This document shows, in pieces, positions 48,543 to 58,193 of a stretch of DNA of 64,000 nt; the first letter of the stretch is position 1, and each line of letters opens with the position of its first letter. Source of the stretch: an uncultured delta proteobacterium. GTDB lineage: Bacteria > Desulfobacterota > Binatia > Binatales > Binataceae. Under the pieces are notes generated by a model. That model was not told the DNA's origin and did not search any database. It was given only the letters and a program-made list of their open reading frames with translations. The translations under genes and the position numbers were made by a program. Location of the stretch: contig CAVQEQ010000003.1 in the NCBI GenBank assembly GCA_963711565.1, forward strand, positions 1,510,769-1,574,768, in the 5' to 3' direction.

Positions 48543-49847
48543 ATGTTTTCCAGTTGTACCCGCATCGCATGGAAAGTAGCGGGTGTCGGCACGCTCATGT
48601 TGAGCATCGGTCTGTTCGCCGTCACCGCCCGGGCCGGAGTAAAGCCCGGAGACGTAATCACTCCGCAGAACGCGGCGCAGGTCAAAGACCTGGTGTCGCC
48701 GGGCGTCTACTACATGGTGACGCACGGAATGCAGATGGACATCGTGCCCTCCGAGCGCGTCGATTGGCCGCCTCCGTACAAGGACGCGACCGAGAAGTAC
48801 TCCTCGCAGGTCCGCCTGACTGACGACCATCGCTCGCTGATCGGCTACGTCGCCGGCCAGCCCTTCCCGCTGATCGACACCAACGACCCGCAAGCCGCCG
48901 AGAAGATCATGTGGAACAACGTGTTCCGCCCGATCAGCACCGACGATTACGATCTGCGTTTTTTCGATTGCCAGATCGAGTACGTCAACCCTGGTCATGC
49001 GCAGAAGGTCGTCAATGACATCCAGGTTGGCCATTACGCGGGTTACGACTTGGTCGGCCGCACCGAAGTCGAGCCGCTGCCGGTCGATCCTGACTTTCAA
49101 AAGACCGGGCGCCTGTGGCTGTTCGGCCTGTACCCGATTCTCGCGCCCGAGGAAGCGCGCGGCCAGGGCCTGATTCGTTATCGCTACGCGGCGCCCAAGC
49201 AGGGCGACGACACCTGGAGCTGGAATCCGGGCAGCCGCCGCGTGCGTCGCTTGAACGAGTCGCTGAACAGCACCGCGACGGGAGCGCAGAGCTTCGACCC
49301 CGATCACTATTCAGGATTCAATCCGAAGACAGAAGAATACGATTACAAGTTCCTGGGTGAGAAAGAGATGCTCGCGGTGGTTCACGCACGGCATTCGCCC
49401 GAAGTGACCTGCCCGACCGATGGCGGCGCGTCAGCCTGCCCCGAGGATTGGGAGATGCGTCACATGTACGTAGTCGAGGCGACGCCGAATCGCGAGATCG
49501 GCCAGGCCGGCAACGTGCTGGACAAGGATACCGTCGTGTATATGGACTCGGAAGTATGGTTCGAGCCGTACGTTGACGGATACGACCAGAAGGGCGCGCT
49601 GTGGCGCACCAATATTTTCTGGGCGGCGTATCGCGACCGTCCGGTGCCCGACGCGAAGGTCGCAATCTATCCGTTCAAGCGCGAGTTTATCGTGGGTTCG
49701 GCCCGCTATGACGTACAGTCGGGTTTCGCGACGATGTGTTACCTGCCGGGGCAGAACACGCCCGAGCGCGAATGCTGGTACATCAACATGGGCGCGGTGG
49801 ACAAGGATTTCTTTACCACCCAGTCGATGGTGAAGGCGGCGCCGTAA
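48543..49847 (+). CDS. DUF1329-family exported protein, paralog 1
   Basis: Signal peptide, GDVITPQN, GQPFP, KIMWN, PGSRRVRRL, YDQKGALWR; RBS AGGAGG. Confidence 0.8.
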   Translation: MFSSCTRIAWKVAGVGTLMLSIGLFAVTARAGVKPGDVITPQNAAQVKDLVSPGVYYMVTHGMQMDIVPSERVDWPPPYKDATEKYSSQVRLTDDHRSLIGYVAGQPFPLIDTNDPQAAEKIMWNNVFRPISTDDYDLRFFDCQIEYVNPGHAQKVVNDIQVGHYAGYDLVGRTEVEPLPVDPDFQKTGRLWLFGLYPILAPEEARGQGLIRYRYAAPKQGDDTWSWNPGSRRVRRLNESLNSTATGAQSFDPDHYSGFNPKTEEYDYKFLGEKEMLAVVHARHSPEVTCPTDGGASACPEDWEMRHMYVVEATPNREIGQAGNVLDKDTVVYMDSEVWFEPYVDGYDQKGALWRTNIFWAAYRDRPVPDAKVAIYPFKREFIVGSARYDVQSGFATMCYLPGQNTPERECWYINMGAVDKDFFTTQSMVKAAP

Positions 49848-49894
49848 GCGAGTTAACTATATAAATCAGGGGCTTATGCCCTGATAGAGCCCGG

Positions 49895-49940
49895 CGGGGC
49901 GGTGCGGCGAAATAGCCTCATCGCCCCGCTCCTATTTTGC
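49895..49940 (+). terminator. GC-rich hairpin between the DUF1329 paralogs (probable terminator)
   Basis: GCGGGGCGGTG..CATCGCCCCGC followed by a T-rich stretch. Confidence 0.45.
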
Positions 49941-50063
49941 CCCGGCAACGTCTATTAGTAGAATTAAGGAACATTTTGATGATATTTGGGCGTGGATACT
50001 TGACTCCGAAAAAATTCGCGACCCAGAATTGGAGTCCTTAATGACGGAAGGAGGTTGTACCTG

Positions 50064-51371
50064 ATGGTCATGCATGCTTTGGGGAATTTGGGGAAGACAA
50101 AGTTGCTCAGCGTGGGGACGCTGGCGATCGGGTTATGTCTCTTCGCTGCCTCGGCTCATGCCGCCGTGACGGTAGGCGACACCATAGCTCCCAGCAACGC
50201 GGCAGAGGTCAAAGACCTGGTCTCGCCGGGGGTGTACTACGCGGTAACTCATGGGATGCGAATGGAGATCGTCGCGCCGGAGCGCGTCGATTGGCCGCCA
50301 CCGTACCGTGACGCGACGGAAAAGTATTCGCAGCAGGTCCGCCTCACCAACGACCATCGCAGCATGGTCGGCTATGTCGCCGGCCAGCCGTTTCCGTTGA
50401 TCGATCCGAACGATCCTTACGTGGCGACGAAAATTATCTGGAACAACGTGTTCCGGCCGATCTCGAGCGATGACTATGACCTGCGCTTTTACGATTGCCA
50501 GAGCGAATACGTTCGCCCCGGTCAGGACCAGCGCATGATCGACGACATCGAGATCGGTCATTACGCCGGCTACAACATCGTCGGACGGACCGAAGTCGAG
50601 CCGATGCCGGTCGATCCGGATTTCAAAGAGTCGGGACGCTTGTGGATGTTCGCTCTCTACCCGGTGCTGGCGCCGCAGGAGGCGCGCGGAACCGGACTGA
50701 TCCGCTATCGCTATGCGGACCCGAATCGCGGCGACGACAGTTGGGATTGGACCCCCGGCACCCGTCGCGTGCGGCGCCTGAGCGAGTCGATTCTCTCGAG
50801 CGCCACCGGTGCCCAGAGCTACGATCCTGATCACTATTCCGGCTTCAATCCGAAGACCGAGCAATACAACTACAGATTCCTGGGCGAGAAGATGATGCTG
50901 GCTACGGTGCACGCGCAGCATTCGCCCGAAGATACCTGTCCCTACGACGGCGGCGCGACCGCCTGTCCCGAGTCATGGGAAATGCGCCACATATACATCG
51001 TCGAGGCGACCCCTCGCAGCGACAGGTTGGCCGGCGGCTCGCTCGACAAGCTGACCAACGTTTACCTTGACGCCGAAGTATGGTTCGAGCCGTACATCGA
51101 CACCTACGACCAGAAGGGTCGTTTGTGGCGCACGCATATCTACTGGCTGGCGTATCGCGACCGGCCGGTACCGGATGCGCGCGTGGCGATCTATCCGTTC
51201 AAGCGTGAGTTCGTGGTCGGCGCGGCGTCGATCGACACGCAGGGAAATTACTCGACGATGTGCTATTTGCCGGGCCAGCACACGCCCGAGCGCGAATGCT
51301 GGTACATCAACATGGGCGCGATCGACAAGGACTTCTGCACGGTAAAGGCGATGGTGGCGGCGGCACCTTAG
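50064..51371 (+). CDS. DUF1329-family exported protein, paralog 2
   Basis: Colinear with paralog 1 with long identical blocks; RBS AAGGAGG. Confidence 0.8.
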   Translation: MVMHALGNLGKTKLLSVGTLAIGLCLFAASAHAAVTVGDTIAPSNAAEVKDLVSPGVYYAVTHGMRMEIVAPERVDWPPPYRDATEKYSQQVRLTNDHRSMVGYVAGQPFPLIDPNDPYVATKIIWNNVFRPISSDDYDLRFYDCQSEYVRPGQDQRMIDDIEIGHYAGYNIVGRTEVEPMPVDPDFKESGRLWMFALYPVLAPQEARGTGLIRYRYADPNRGDDSWDWTPGTRRVRRLSESILSSATGAQSYDPDHYSGFNPKTEQYNYRFLGEKMMLATVHAQHSPEDTCPYDGGATACPESWEMRHIYIVEATPRSDRLAGGSLDKLTNVYLDAEVWFEPYIDTYDQKGRLWRTHIYWLAYRDRPVPDARVAIYPFKREFVVGAASIDTQGNYSTMCYLPGQHTPERECWYINMGAIDKDFCTVKAMVAAAP

Positions 51372-51404
51372 GCGCGGCTGGAAACGGCCTCATTTATTGC
51401 TGAA

Positions 51405-51457
51405 ACAGGCGCGGAGCAAGCGGCGAATCGCCGCGGGCTCCGCGCCTGTGCTTTTTT
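51405..51457 (+). terminator. Rho-independent terminator
   Basis: ACAGGCGCGGAGC..GCTCCGCGCCTGT stem followed by T6. Confidence 0.75.
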
Positions 51458-51663
51458 GTTGTTCAAACAAGCGAAACTAGACCATTTACATAAGGTTCGG
51501 CGGGGAATATATTCGCCCGCGTATCGCGTGATTGGCTTCTGGGACTTCAAGCGCGATCGCTAAATAAAGGTCCCGTGTCCAACGCCGGCGCGGGTGCGCC
51601 TCGCAGGTCCAACGAGTCGCTCTGCGCCGGCACTTTCTTCTCTTCCCGGCCTGCTGCCCCAAA

Positions 51664-51754
51664 CCTGAGAGCAAAGTAGTGCGCTGCGCGCAACTTTGCG
51701 ATTTCTTTTTAACACCGGGTGCAGGGGTCACCCCTGCCGCCCGCCGCGGAGGCG
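51664..51754 (+). repeat. Dispersed palindromic repeat, copy D
   Basis: CCTGAGAGCAAAGTAG.GCGCTGCGCGCAACTTTGCG..GGGTGCAGGGGTCACCCCTGCCGCCCGCCGCG.AGGCG. Confidence 0.9.
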
Positions 51755-51815
51755 TCTTTTCCTCGCGCGTTGACACCGTCGGCTTCGCTCGACCACAATC
51801 GGCGCAACTCATGCG

Positions 51816-52952
51816 ATGGCGTTAGCAGGATTCAAAATCATCGACGCGGACGGCCACGTCACCGAGCCGGCGTCGCTCTACTCGACGCACATCGATCCAA
51901 AATTCCGCGCCGCCGCTGACGCACTGCTGTCGCGCGTCGGCGCCGGCAATCTCGGAATCGTTCCGGCGTTGTATCCGAAGTGGCGCTCGGCTGAGCGTCC
52001 GATGGGCGAGGCGAACGAAGTTCCCGGCCTCGGCAAGCTGCCCTCCGGCCGCAACCATCCGCTGGCTTCTCCAGCCGGCGGCTACGATCCGGCCGAGCGC
52101 ATCCGCGACATGGACAAGGAGGGCATCGATGTCGCGATATGCTTCGCGACGGTCGCGACTTCGGTATGCGCCGCGAGCGACCCCGCGATGGAGGCCGCGC
52201 TCGCGCGCGCTTACAACCGATGGGTCGGCGAGTATTGCGCAGCGTTCCCCGCGCGCATCAAGGCGGTCGGGATCGTGCCGCAGCGCGAGATGCGTCGATG
52301 CGCGGCGGAGGTCGCGTATCTGGCGCGCGAGCCGTGGGCGGTCGGCATCATGACCTTCGGCAATCTCGACGGGATGCTGCCGGACCATCCGTATTTCGAT
52401 CCGCTCTATCGAGCCTTGCAGGACGCCGACCTGCCGATCTGTTTTCACGGCGGCACCGACCGGCCGCCGTTCGCGCCTGGGCGCGAGGACGTCGGCAACA
52501 ACATGTTCATGATGCATCTGACGGGGCACGTATGGCATCAGATGCGCGTGATGGCGGCGGCAGTGGGAGGCGGATTGTTCGAGCGCTACTCGACGCTCAG
52601 GCTCGGATTTTTCGAGGGCGGAATCTCGTGGGTGCCGTGGTGGGCCGAGCGGATGGATGGGCATTACAAGCATTTCGCGCGACACACGCCGCATCTGACG
52701 CGCAAGCCGTCTGAGCATCTGCGCGGCGATCGATGCTTCTTCACGTTCGATCCTGACGAGACGATGCTACCGGAGGCGATGCGCCTGCTCGGCGTACCGC
52801 GCCTGATGTGGGCGTCGGACTATCCGCATTTCGACGCCGAATTCCCCGACGCCGCCGAGCTGGTCGTGAACAACCCGCGCCTGTCCGCCGAAGAAAAGCG
52901 CGCAATCCTCTCCGACAACGCCCTCCGCTTCTTCACCCGCATCGCCGCGTAG
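51816..52952 (+). CDS. Amidohydrolase_2 family metallo-hydrolase
   Basis: IIDADGHV, DMDKEGID, AYNRW, FEGG.SW, WASDYPH. Confidence 0.92.
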   Translation: MALAGFKIIDADGHVTEPASLYSTHIDPKFRAAADALLSRVGAGNLGIVPALYPKWRSAERPMGEANEVPGLGKLPSGRNHPLASPAGGYDPAERIRDMDKEGIDVAICFATVATSVCAASDPAMEAALARAYNRWVGEYCAAFPARIKAVGIVPQREMRRCAAEVAYLAREPWAVGIMTFGNLDGMLPDHPYFDPLYRALQDADLPICFHGGTDRPPFAPGREDVGNNMFMMHLTGHVWHQMRVMAAAVGGGLFERYSTLRLGFFEGGISWVPWWAERMDGHYKHFARHTPHLTRKPSEHLRGDRCFFTFDPDETMLPEAMRLLGVPRLMWASDYPHFDAEFPDAAELVVNNPRLSAEEKRAILSDNALRFFTRIAA

Positions 52953-52961
52953 CCTCCGATT

Positions 52962-52997
52962 CCCTCCTCCGATGTTGGAGGAGGGTTAGGGTGGAGG
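52962..52997. repeat. REP-like element CCCTCCTCC..GGAGGAGGGTTAGGGTGGAGG
   Basis: Hairpin plus GGTTAGGGTG tail between convergent genes; single copy here. Confidence 0.5.
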
Positions 52998-53068
52998 ACC
53001 TTTAGCGGCGCGGATGTCTGTTGCGCCGCACTTCTGCGTATTCGGAATTCACACTACTACGCGCTGCG

Positions 53069-53458
53069 CTAGTCCTGTATTGCGCCGTCGCGGCGCTGGC
53101 CGATATGCCAAAGCACTCCGGATGGATCAAAGAGATAAGCGATTCGAAGGCCCCAGGGCTGCATGGCCGGCGCGCGCGGCGGCTTAACATTAAATTTTGC
53201 GGGTAGATCAAGGCCGTCGATATGCGCCCACCAGGCGTCGAGATCATCGACCATGAGTTGCATCACAAAATTTTCAGCCCAGTCCTTTTGATAATGGCGC
53301 TGAAGTATGAAACCACCGGAACCGGCCCTGAAGATCGCCACATCCGCGTCAAGAAGTTTTTCGAAGCCCAGCGTCTCATAAAATTTCTTGGAGAGATCAA
53401 AATCCTTCGCGGGCATGAATGGGCGCGCGAGTTCCGTTCCGCTCGGAATTTTCTTCAT
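53069..53458 (-). CDS. VOC/glyoxalase family protein
   Basis: RPFMPAKDFDLSKKFYETLGF, QPWGLR, DPSGVLWH; ATG 53458. Confidence 0.88.
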   Translation of the reverse strand: MKKIPSGTELARPFMPAKDFDLSKKFYETLGFEKLLDADVAIFRAGSGGFILQRHYQKDWAENFVMQLMVDDLDAWWAHIDGLDLPAKFNVKPPRAPAMQPWGLRIAYLFDPSGVLWHIGQRRDGAIQD

Positions 53459-53469
53459 CTCTTGCTCCG

Positions 53470-54513
53470 TCAGACCTTGAACCGGATGTGAATCATATCG
53501 CCGTCGCGCATTACGTAGTCGCGGCCCTCGAGTCTTAGCTTGCCCGCCTCTTTCACTTTTACGTCGGATTTGTGGATGGCGAAATCTTCGTAGCTCACCA
53601 CTTCGGCGCGGATAAAGCCGCGTGCGATGTCGGTGTGGATGACGCCGGCGGCGTCGAGCGCCGACTCGCCGCGGCGAAGCGACCATGCGTGCGCCTCGGG
53701 CTCGCCGGCGGTGTAGAACGTGATCAGCCCAAGATGGTTATACAGCGCGCTGATGAGCCGGTCGCGCGCGGGCGCGTCGAGCCCGGCGTCCTTGAGCATT
53801 TCTTTTTGTCCGGCCTCGTCGAGCTCCCATAACTCCGATTCAAAACTGGCCGCGAGCCTGAATACTTCAAGTCCGTGCGCGCGCACACTGGCGTGCTCGG
53901 CCTCGGTAATGTCGGCGGCCGCGCGTTCCATCTCGCAGTTGACGGTGACGAGCGCGGGCTTGCGCGAGAGAAACCCGAAGCTCGAAAACGCCTGCGTCTC
54001 CTGCGCGGTCAGTTCGAGCAATCTCAGAGGCTTGCCGTCGCCGAGCCATGCGATCACTTTCTCGAGCGCCGCGCGCTCGAAGTCGCTGCCCTTTTCTTTC
54101 TTCAGACGCTCAAGGCGCCGCTCGGCCTGATCGAAGTCGGCGAAGACCAACTCGCCCTCGATGCTTTCGAGCGTCGCGATCAGATCTTTCCCCATCCCGC
54201 CAAACTGCGGAATGACGATCAGCAGCGCGTCCATGTCGCGCACGAGAGGCAGCAGACTCGGGTCGAGCGCAGCGCCCTCTTTCTGTTCTTTAGGATTCGG
54301 CGCGAAGTCGAGAATGGTGAGCTCGACCGGAATTTTTTTCTTCGAGCCGTAAGCCTCTTCAAGCAGATCGAGACGCGGATCCGCGACCTTGATTTGTCCC
54401 GGACGCGCGCGATTGCGCCCCTCGGCGGTACCGGGAATCGGCGCAAGCCCCGTCAGAGCGTGGAATACGGTCGATTTTCCCGCGCCGCGCGCGCCGATAA
54501 TGCCCGTCTTCAA
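53470..54513 (-). CDS. YchF/Obg-like ATPase paralog with DUF933 (TGS) C-terminus
   Basis: GARGAGKST P-loop, LITFYTAG, AAGVIHTDIARGFIRAEV, LRLEGRDYVMRDGD. Confidence 0.85.
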   Translation of the reverse strand: MKTGIIGARGAGKSTVFHALTGLAPIPGTAEGRNRARPGQIKVADPRLDLLEEAYGSKKKIPVELTILDFAPNPKEQKEGAALDPSLLPLVRDMDALLIVIPQFGGMGKDLIATLESIEGELVFADFDQAERRLERLKKEKGSDFERAALEKVIAWLGDGKPLRLLELTAQETQAFSSFGFLSRKPALVTVNCEMERAAADITEAEHASVRAHGLEVFRLAASFESELWELDEAGQKEMLKDAGLDAPARDRLISALYNHLGLITFYTAGEPEAHAWSLRRGESALDAAGVIHTDIARGFIRAEVVSYEDFAIHKSDVKVKEAGKLRLEGRDYVMRDGDMIHIRFKV

Positions 54514-54622
54514 TTCAAGTCACCCACGATCCGATGGATTCTACACCACCGCGCGAGATTCGCGCGAGACGAGCTGTACTCCTTACGCTTGATTTTCCGG
54601 TCCGAGTGCGGGAAATCGAATC

Positions 54623-55906
54623 ATGCCTATCGCACCCGCTGATTATCAGGCTCGCTACCCAATCGATTTCGGCGATATCGACCCGTCGATTCGCCAACGG
54701 CCCGTGCAGCTTTACGCTGCCGACTTCGGCAAGTCGCGCGGCATCCTTTACATGCCGGCCAAGGGCAAGCCGCGCACCGTCGTGATCATGGCGCATCCGC
54801 GCGCCGACTTCAGCACGCACTATTCCGTTCCGTACTGGGTCGAAGCCGGCTTCGCCGCGTTCGGTTTCAACACGCGCTACCTGAACAACGACGCGATGAT
54901 GCTCCATGAAAATCTGCTGCTCGATCTCGCAGCGGGAATTCGATTTCTCCGCGAAGAAGAAGGCTTCGAGAAAATCGTGATGCTCGGAAATTCCGGCGGC
55001 GGCTCGCTGTTCGCGTACTACGACTCGCAAGCCCGCACGCCTAAGGGCAGCCGCATCGTTGCACCGCCGGGCGGCGGGCCGCCCGACCTGAACAGGTTCG
55101 ATCTGCCCACCGCCGACGGATATATCGCGCTCGCCGCGCATCCGGGACAGGGGATGGTGCTGATGTCATGCCTCGACGCGGCGGTGGTGGACGAATCCGA
55201 TCCGCTCGCGAGCGATTCCGCGCTCGATATGTACGACGAGCGCAACGGCTTCAAGACGCCGCCGGCCGAAAGCCGCTACGCAGAGGATTTCGTCGAGCGA
55301 TACCGCGCGGCGCAACTCGCGCGATGCGCGCGAATCGACACAATCGCGCGGCGCCATATCGCCGAGGCTGGTACCGGTCGCGCTGCGATGCGCGCGCCCG
55401 ACTTCGCTTCGTCGAGCGCGGACAATCGCAATTATATGGCGCGGCGTGCGATGGCGCCGACGTTCATGATCGTCTATCGCACGCAGGCCAACCTCAACTA
55501 TCTCGATCTGTCGATCGATCCGTCGGAGCGTGCCGTCGGCTCGATTATCTCGCCGCGCCCTGATCTCGCGAACTACTCGCCGTTCGGCCTTGGCCGAATC
55601 GTAACGCCCGACGCGTGGCTGTCAACATGGTCCGGCCTGTCATCGTACGCGAAGATGGCGTCAAACCTGCCGAAGGTGACCGTGCCGACGTTGGTGGTAG
55701 GCGCAAACGGCGACCAGGACATTTTCATTTCCGACGTGCGCGGCGAGTTCGAAGCGTCGTGCGCCAGCGACAAGACTCTCGCGTTCATCGAAGGCGCCGA
55801 TCACTTCATGCGCGCAGGCGGGACAAAGGCGCATCTCGGCGACCCGCGTCCGCGCATGATGAAGCTGCTGACGGAGTGGACGCGCGAGCGCTTTCCCGCA
55901 GCCTAG
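54623..55906 (+). CDS. Alpha/beta hydrolase
   Basis: LGNSGGGSL nucleophile elbow, IEGADH. Confidence 0.8.
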   Translation: MPIAPADYQARYPIDFGDIDPSIRQRPVQLYAADFGKSRGILYMPAKGKPRTVVIMAHPRADFSTHYSVPYWVEAGFAAFGFNTRYLNNDAMMLHENLLLDLAAGIRFLREEEGFEKIVMLGNSGGGSLFAYYDSQARTPKGSRIVAPPGGGPPDLNRFDLPTADGYIALAAHPGQGMVLMSCLDAAVVDESDPLASDSALDMYDERNGFKTPPAESRYAEDFVERYRAAQLARCARIDTIARRHIAEAGTGRAAMRAPDFASSSADNRNYMARRAMAPTFMIVYRTQANLNYLDLSIDPSERAVGSIISPRPDLANYSPFGLGRIVTPDAWLSTWSGLSSYAKMASNLPKVTVPTLVVGANGDQDIFISDVRGEFEASCASDKTLAFIEGADHFMRAGGTKAHLGDPRPRMMKLLTEWTRERFPAA

Positions 55907-55932
55907 ACGTTTAGCATCAGGGAGACATCGAA

Positions 55933-56886
55933 ATGCCAAAGCATCCAATTCGATTCGGACTTCAAACCGGGCAGCAGCTTGTCGCGTGGAAAGAGCTGAA
56001 AGAGTTGTGGCACAACGCGGACAGTTGGGGTTACGACTCGTTGTGGACCTTCGATCACTTCTATCCAATCTTCGTTCCCGACCCGACCGGCCCATGCTTG
56101 GAAGGATGGACCACGCTGACCGCGCTCAGTCAGCAGACGAAACGCGCGCGAATCGGCGCGATGGTGAACGGCAACACCTATCGTAATCCGTGCGTCACGG
56201 CGAAGATGGCGGCGACACTCGATCACGTCAGCGACGGCCGTCTGAACCTCGGTATCGGCGCGGGCTGGTTCGAGCTCGAGCACCGCAGTTTCGGAATCGA
56301 CTTCAAGACGATTCCCGGACGGCTATAGGCGCTCGACGAATCGCTACAGATCATCAAGGGGATGTTCGAGCAGGAAAAAACCACCTTGCATGGGCGTCAC
56401 TACAACGTGACCGATGCGGTCTGCAATCCCAAGCCGCTACAGAAACCGCATCCGCCGATTATGATCGGCGGGCAGGGGCAGCAGGTGCTGCTGAAGATTG
56501 TCGCGAAGCACGCCGACATGTGGAATGTTCCGAACGCGAGCGCAGAGCGATACGCCGAACTGTTGAAGGTGATCGAACGGCATGGCGACACGGTGAGACG
56601 CGACACCGATCAGATCGAGAAAACGATCATGCTGGGACTCTGCTATCGAGCTCCTGCCGAGCGCGAAAAGGCAGCCTTGGCGCGCGTAACCGCGATGTCG
56701 GGCACGTCGCCTGAGCAGGCGCGTCGCCAGCTGATGATCGGCTCGCGCGAAGAGTGTCTGGAGACGATCGACCGCTACCTCAAGGTAGGCGTGACGCACT
56801 TTATCTTCACGCTGCCGCGACCGTTTTTCCCGGACGAAGTTCAGCGCTTTGCCGAAGAGGTGATTCCCGCGGTGCGCTCGAGCTAG
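55933..56886 (+). pseudogene. LLM-class (F420-type) oxidoreductase interrupted by an in-frame TAG at 56326-56328
   Basis: WTFDHF, LEGWTTL, YRNP, AKMAATLD, GIGAGW, then RL*ALDESLQIIK continues in frame into PKPLQKPHPPIMIGG. Confidence 0.85.
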
Positions 56887-57695
56887 CGCGCAGTGATCAA
56901 AACGCAATCGGCGGCGGCGGCATGGGCGGCGTCGAACCGCGCCGCAATTCGCGCAAACGCGCCCGAGTCGAGATCGCGCTCGAGCTCGGCAAGTCCACGA
57001 GCAATTCCCGCGCTCTCGAGACGCCGAAACCCGGAGGTCGATGCGCGGAAACCCGAATCGAACAAGAGATGAGGCCGCGTGCGCGCCGCTTCGAAAGTAA
57101 GGTCGCTTCGGCCCGAGTAGAAGATCTTCGCCGACGCGACTCGCGAAAAGCCGGCATGAAACATCGCAGTGATCAGACTTCCAAGCGTTGGATGAAGCGG
57201 CAGCAACACCTCATCCATCTCGGGAAAATAATGCCGATACCACAGCGTCTCCAGATTCTCGCGAACGACAGCCTGCATCACGGCGCCGCGGCGCGCGACA
57301 CGCCTAAACTCGGCAAGCGCGGCCGGGAGAGCGAGATGGTGCAGCACATTGACGCCCGCGATCGCATCCACCGAGCGCGTGCGAAGCGGGAGCGCCGATG
57401 CGTTCGAGAGAATCCAGCGCGCCGAAATCTTGTGTGCGCCGATTTCGATCATCGCGGGCGCGCGATCGAGCGCAATCACAGACAACCCGCTTGCCGTCAG
57501 TGCGTCGGTGTAATTGCCGGTGCCGGCGCCGATTTCGAGAACGGATCGAGCGCCCAACGACTTCAGAGCCTCGACCAGCGCGACGGCGATCACAGGCTCG
57601 ACGCACCTCGAGTAGTCATAACCGGCGGCAACTGGTCCGTAGTTGATGGAAGTCACAACTGGCACGGTAAAAAACTCGGCGCCGCGCTCAGACAA
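56883..57695 (-). CDS. Class I SAM-dependent methyltransferase
   Basis: VLEIGAGTGNY, LPL..RSVDAI, VLHH; start uncertain. Confidence 0.85.
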   Translation of the reverse strand: MSERGAEFFTVPVVTSINYGPVAAGYDYSRCVEPVIAVALVEALKSLGARSVLEIGAGTGNYTDALTASGLSVIALDRAPAMIEIGAHKISARWILSNASALPLRTRSVDAIAGVNVLHHLALPAALAEFRRVARRGAVMQAVVRENLETLWYRHYFPEMDEVLLPLHPTLGSLITAMFHAGFSRVASAKIFYSGRSDLTFEAARTRPHLLFDSGFRASTSGFRRLESAGIARGLAELERDLDSGAFARIAARFDAAHAAAADCVLITAR

Positions 57696-57852
57696 ACGAT
57701 GCGCTCGCGGCCGCTTTGAGGCAAACGCCGATGGCGGGGATCTTCAGAATCGGCAAATGAAGAAACGACCGACGAGTCTCGACCAGAGTCTTTCTCGGGA
57801 GCGCCAGCTTCGCTAATCTTCTATTCCCGTCGAGGGTAGCGCGCGATGGAGA

Positions 57853-57928
57853 GCCACCCTAGCTCAGTTGGTAGAGCAGCTGATTCGTAATCAGCAGGTC
57901 GTCGGTTCGAATCCGACGGGTGGCTCCA
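57853..57928 (+). tRNA. tRNA-Thr (anticodon CGT)
   Basis: 76-nt cloverleaf: GCCACCC/GGGTGGC acceptor stem, GCTGA-TTCGTAA-TCAGC anticodon arm, TTCGAAT T-loop, encoded CCA. Confidence 0.97.
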
Positions 57929-57993
57929 GAAAATCCAATTAAATCAATTGCTTCTGACAATAGTCTAGCTGTCGCTCTGGTCGTTTCCGCGCC

Positions 57994-58012
57994 GTGTCAC
58001 CTCTGTGTCACC
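57994..58012. repeat. Direct repeat GTGTCACC x2, candidate integrase arm-type sites
   Basis: 11-bp periodicity, about 65 bp from the tRNA 3' end. Confidence 0.55.
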
Positions 58013-58193
58013 ACGCGGAAGGGAAACACCAGCCCATCGGGTCCGCCCGCCTGCTGAAGGCCAATCAACAGGCTAGGAGGCCTCGCGGCCAAGGGTCGCC
58101 GACAACCGTACGAAACGATCGCGGGTCAGACTGTTCGGACTGGCAGGTCGCTCCGAGAGACTTGGGATCGATTCGCGAATGCTAAACATTCGC

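Noticed and set aside
6092-51754. Repeat family as a CRISPR array
   Set aside because: Copies are kilobases apart, with no regular spacers and no cas genes
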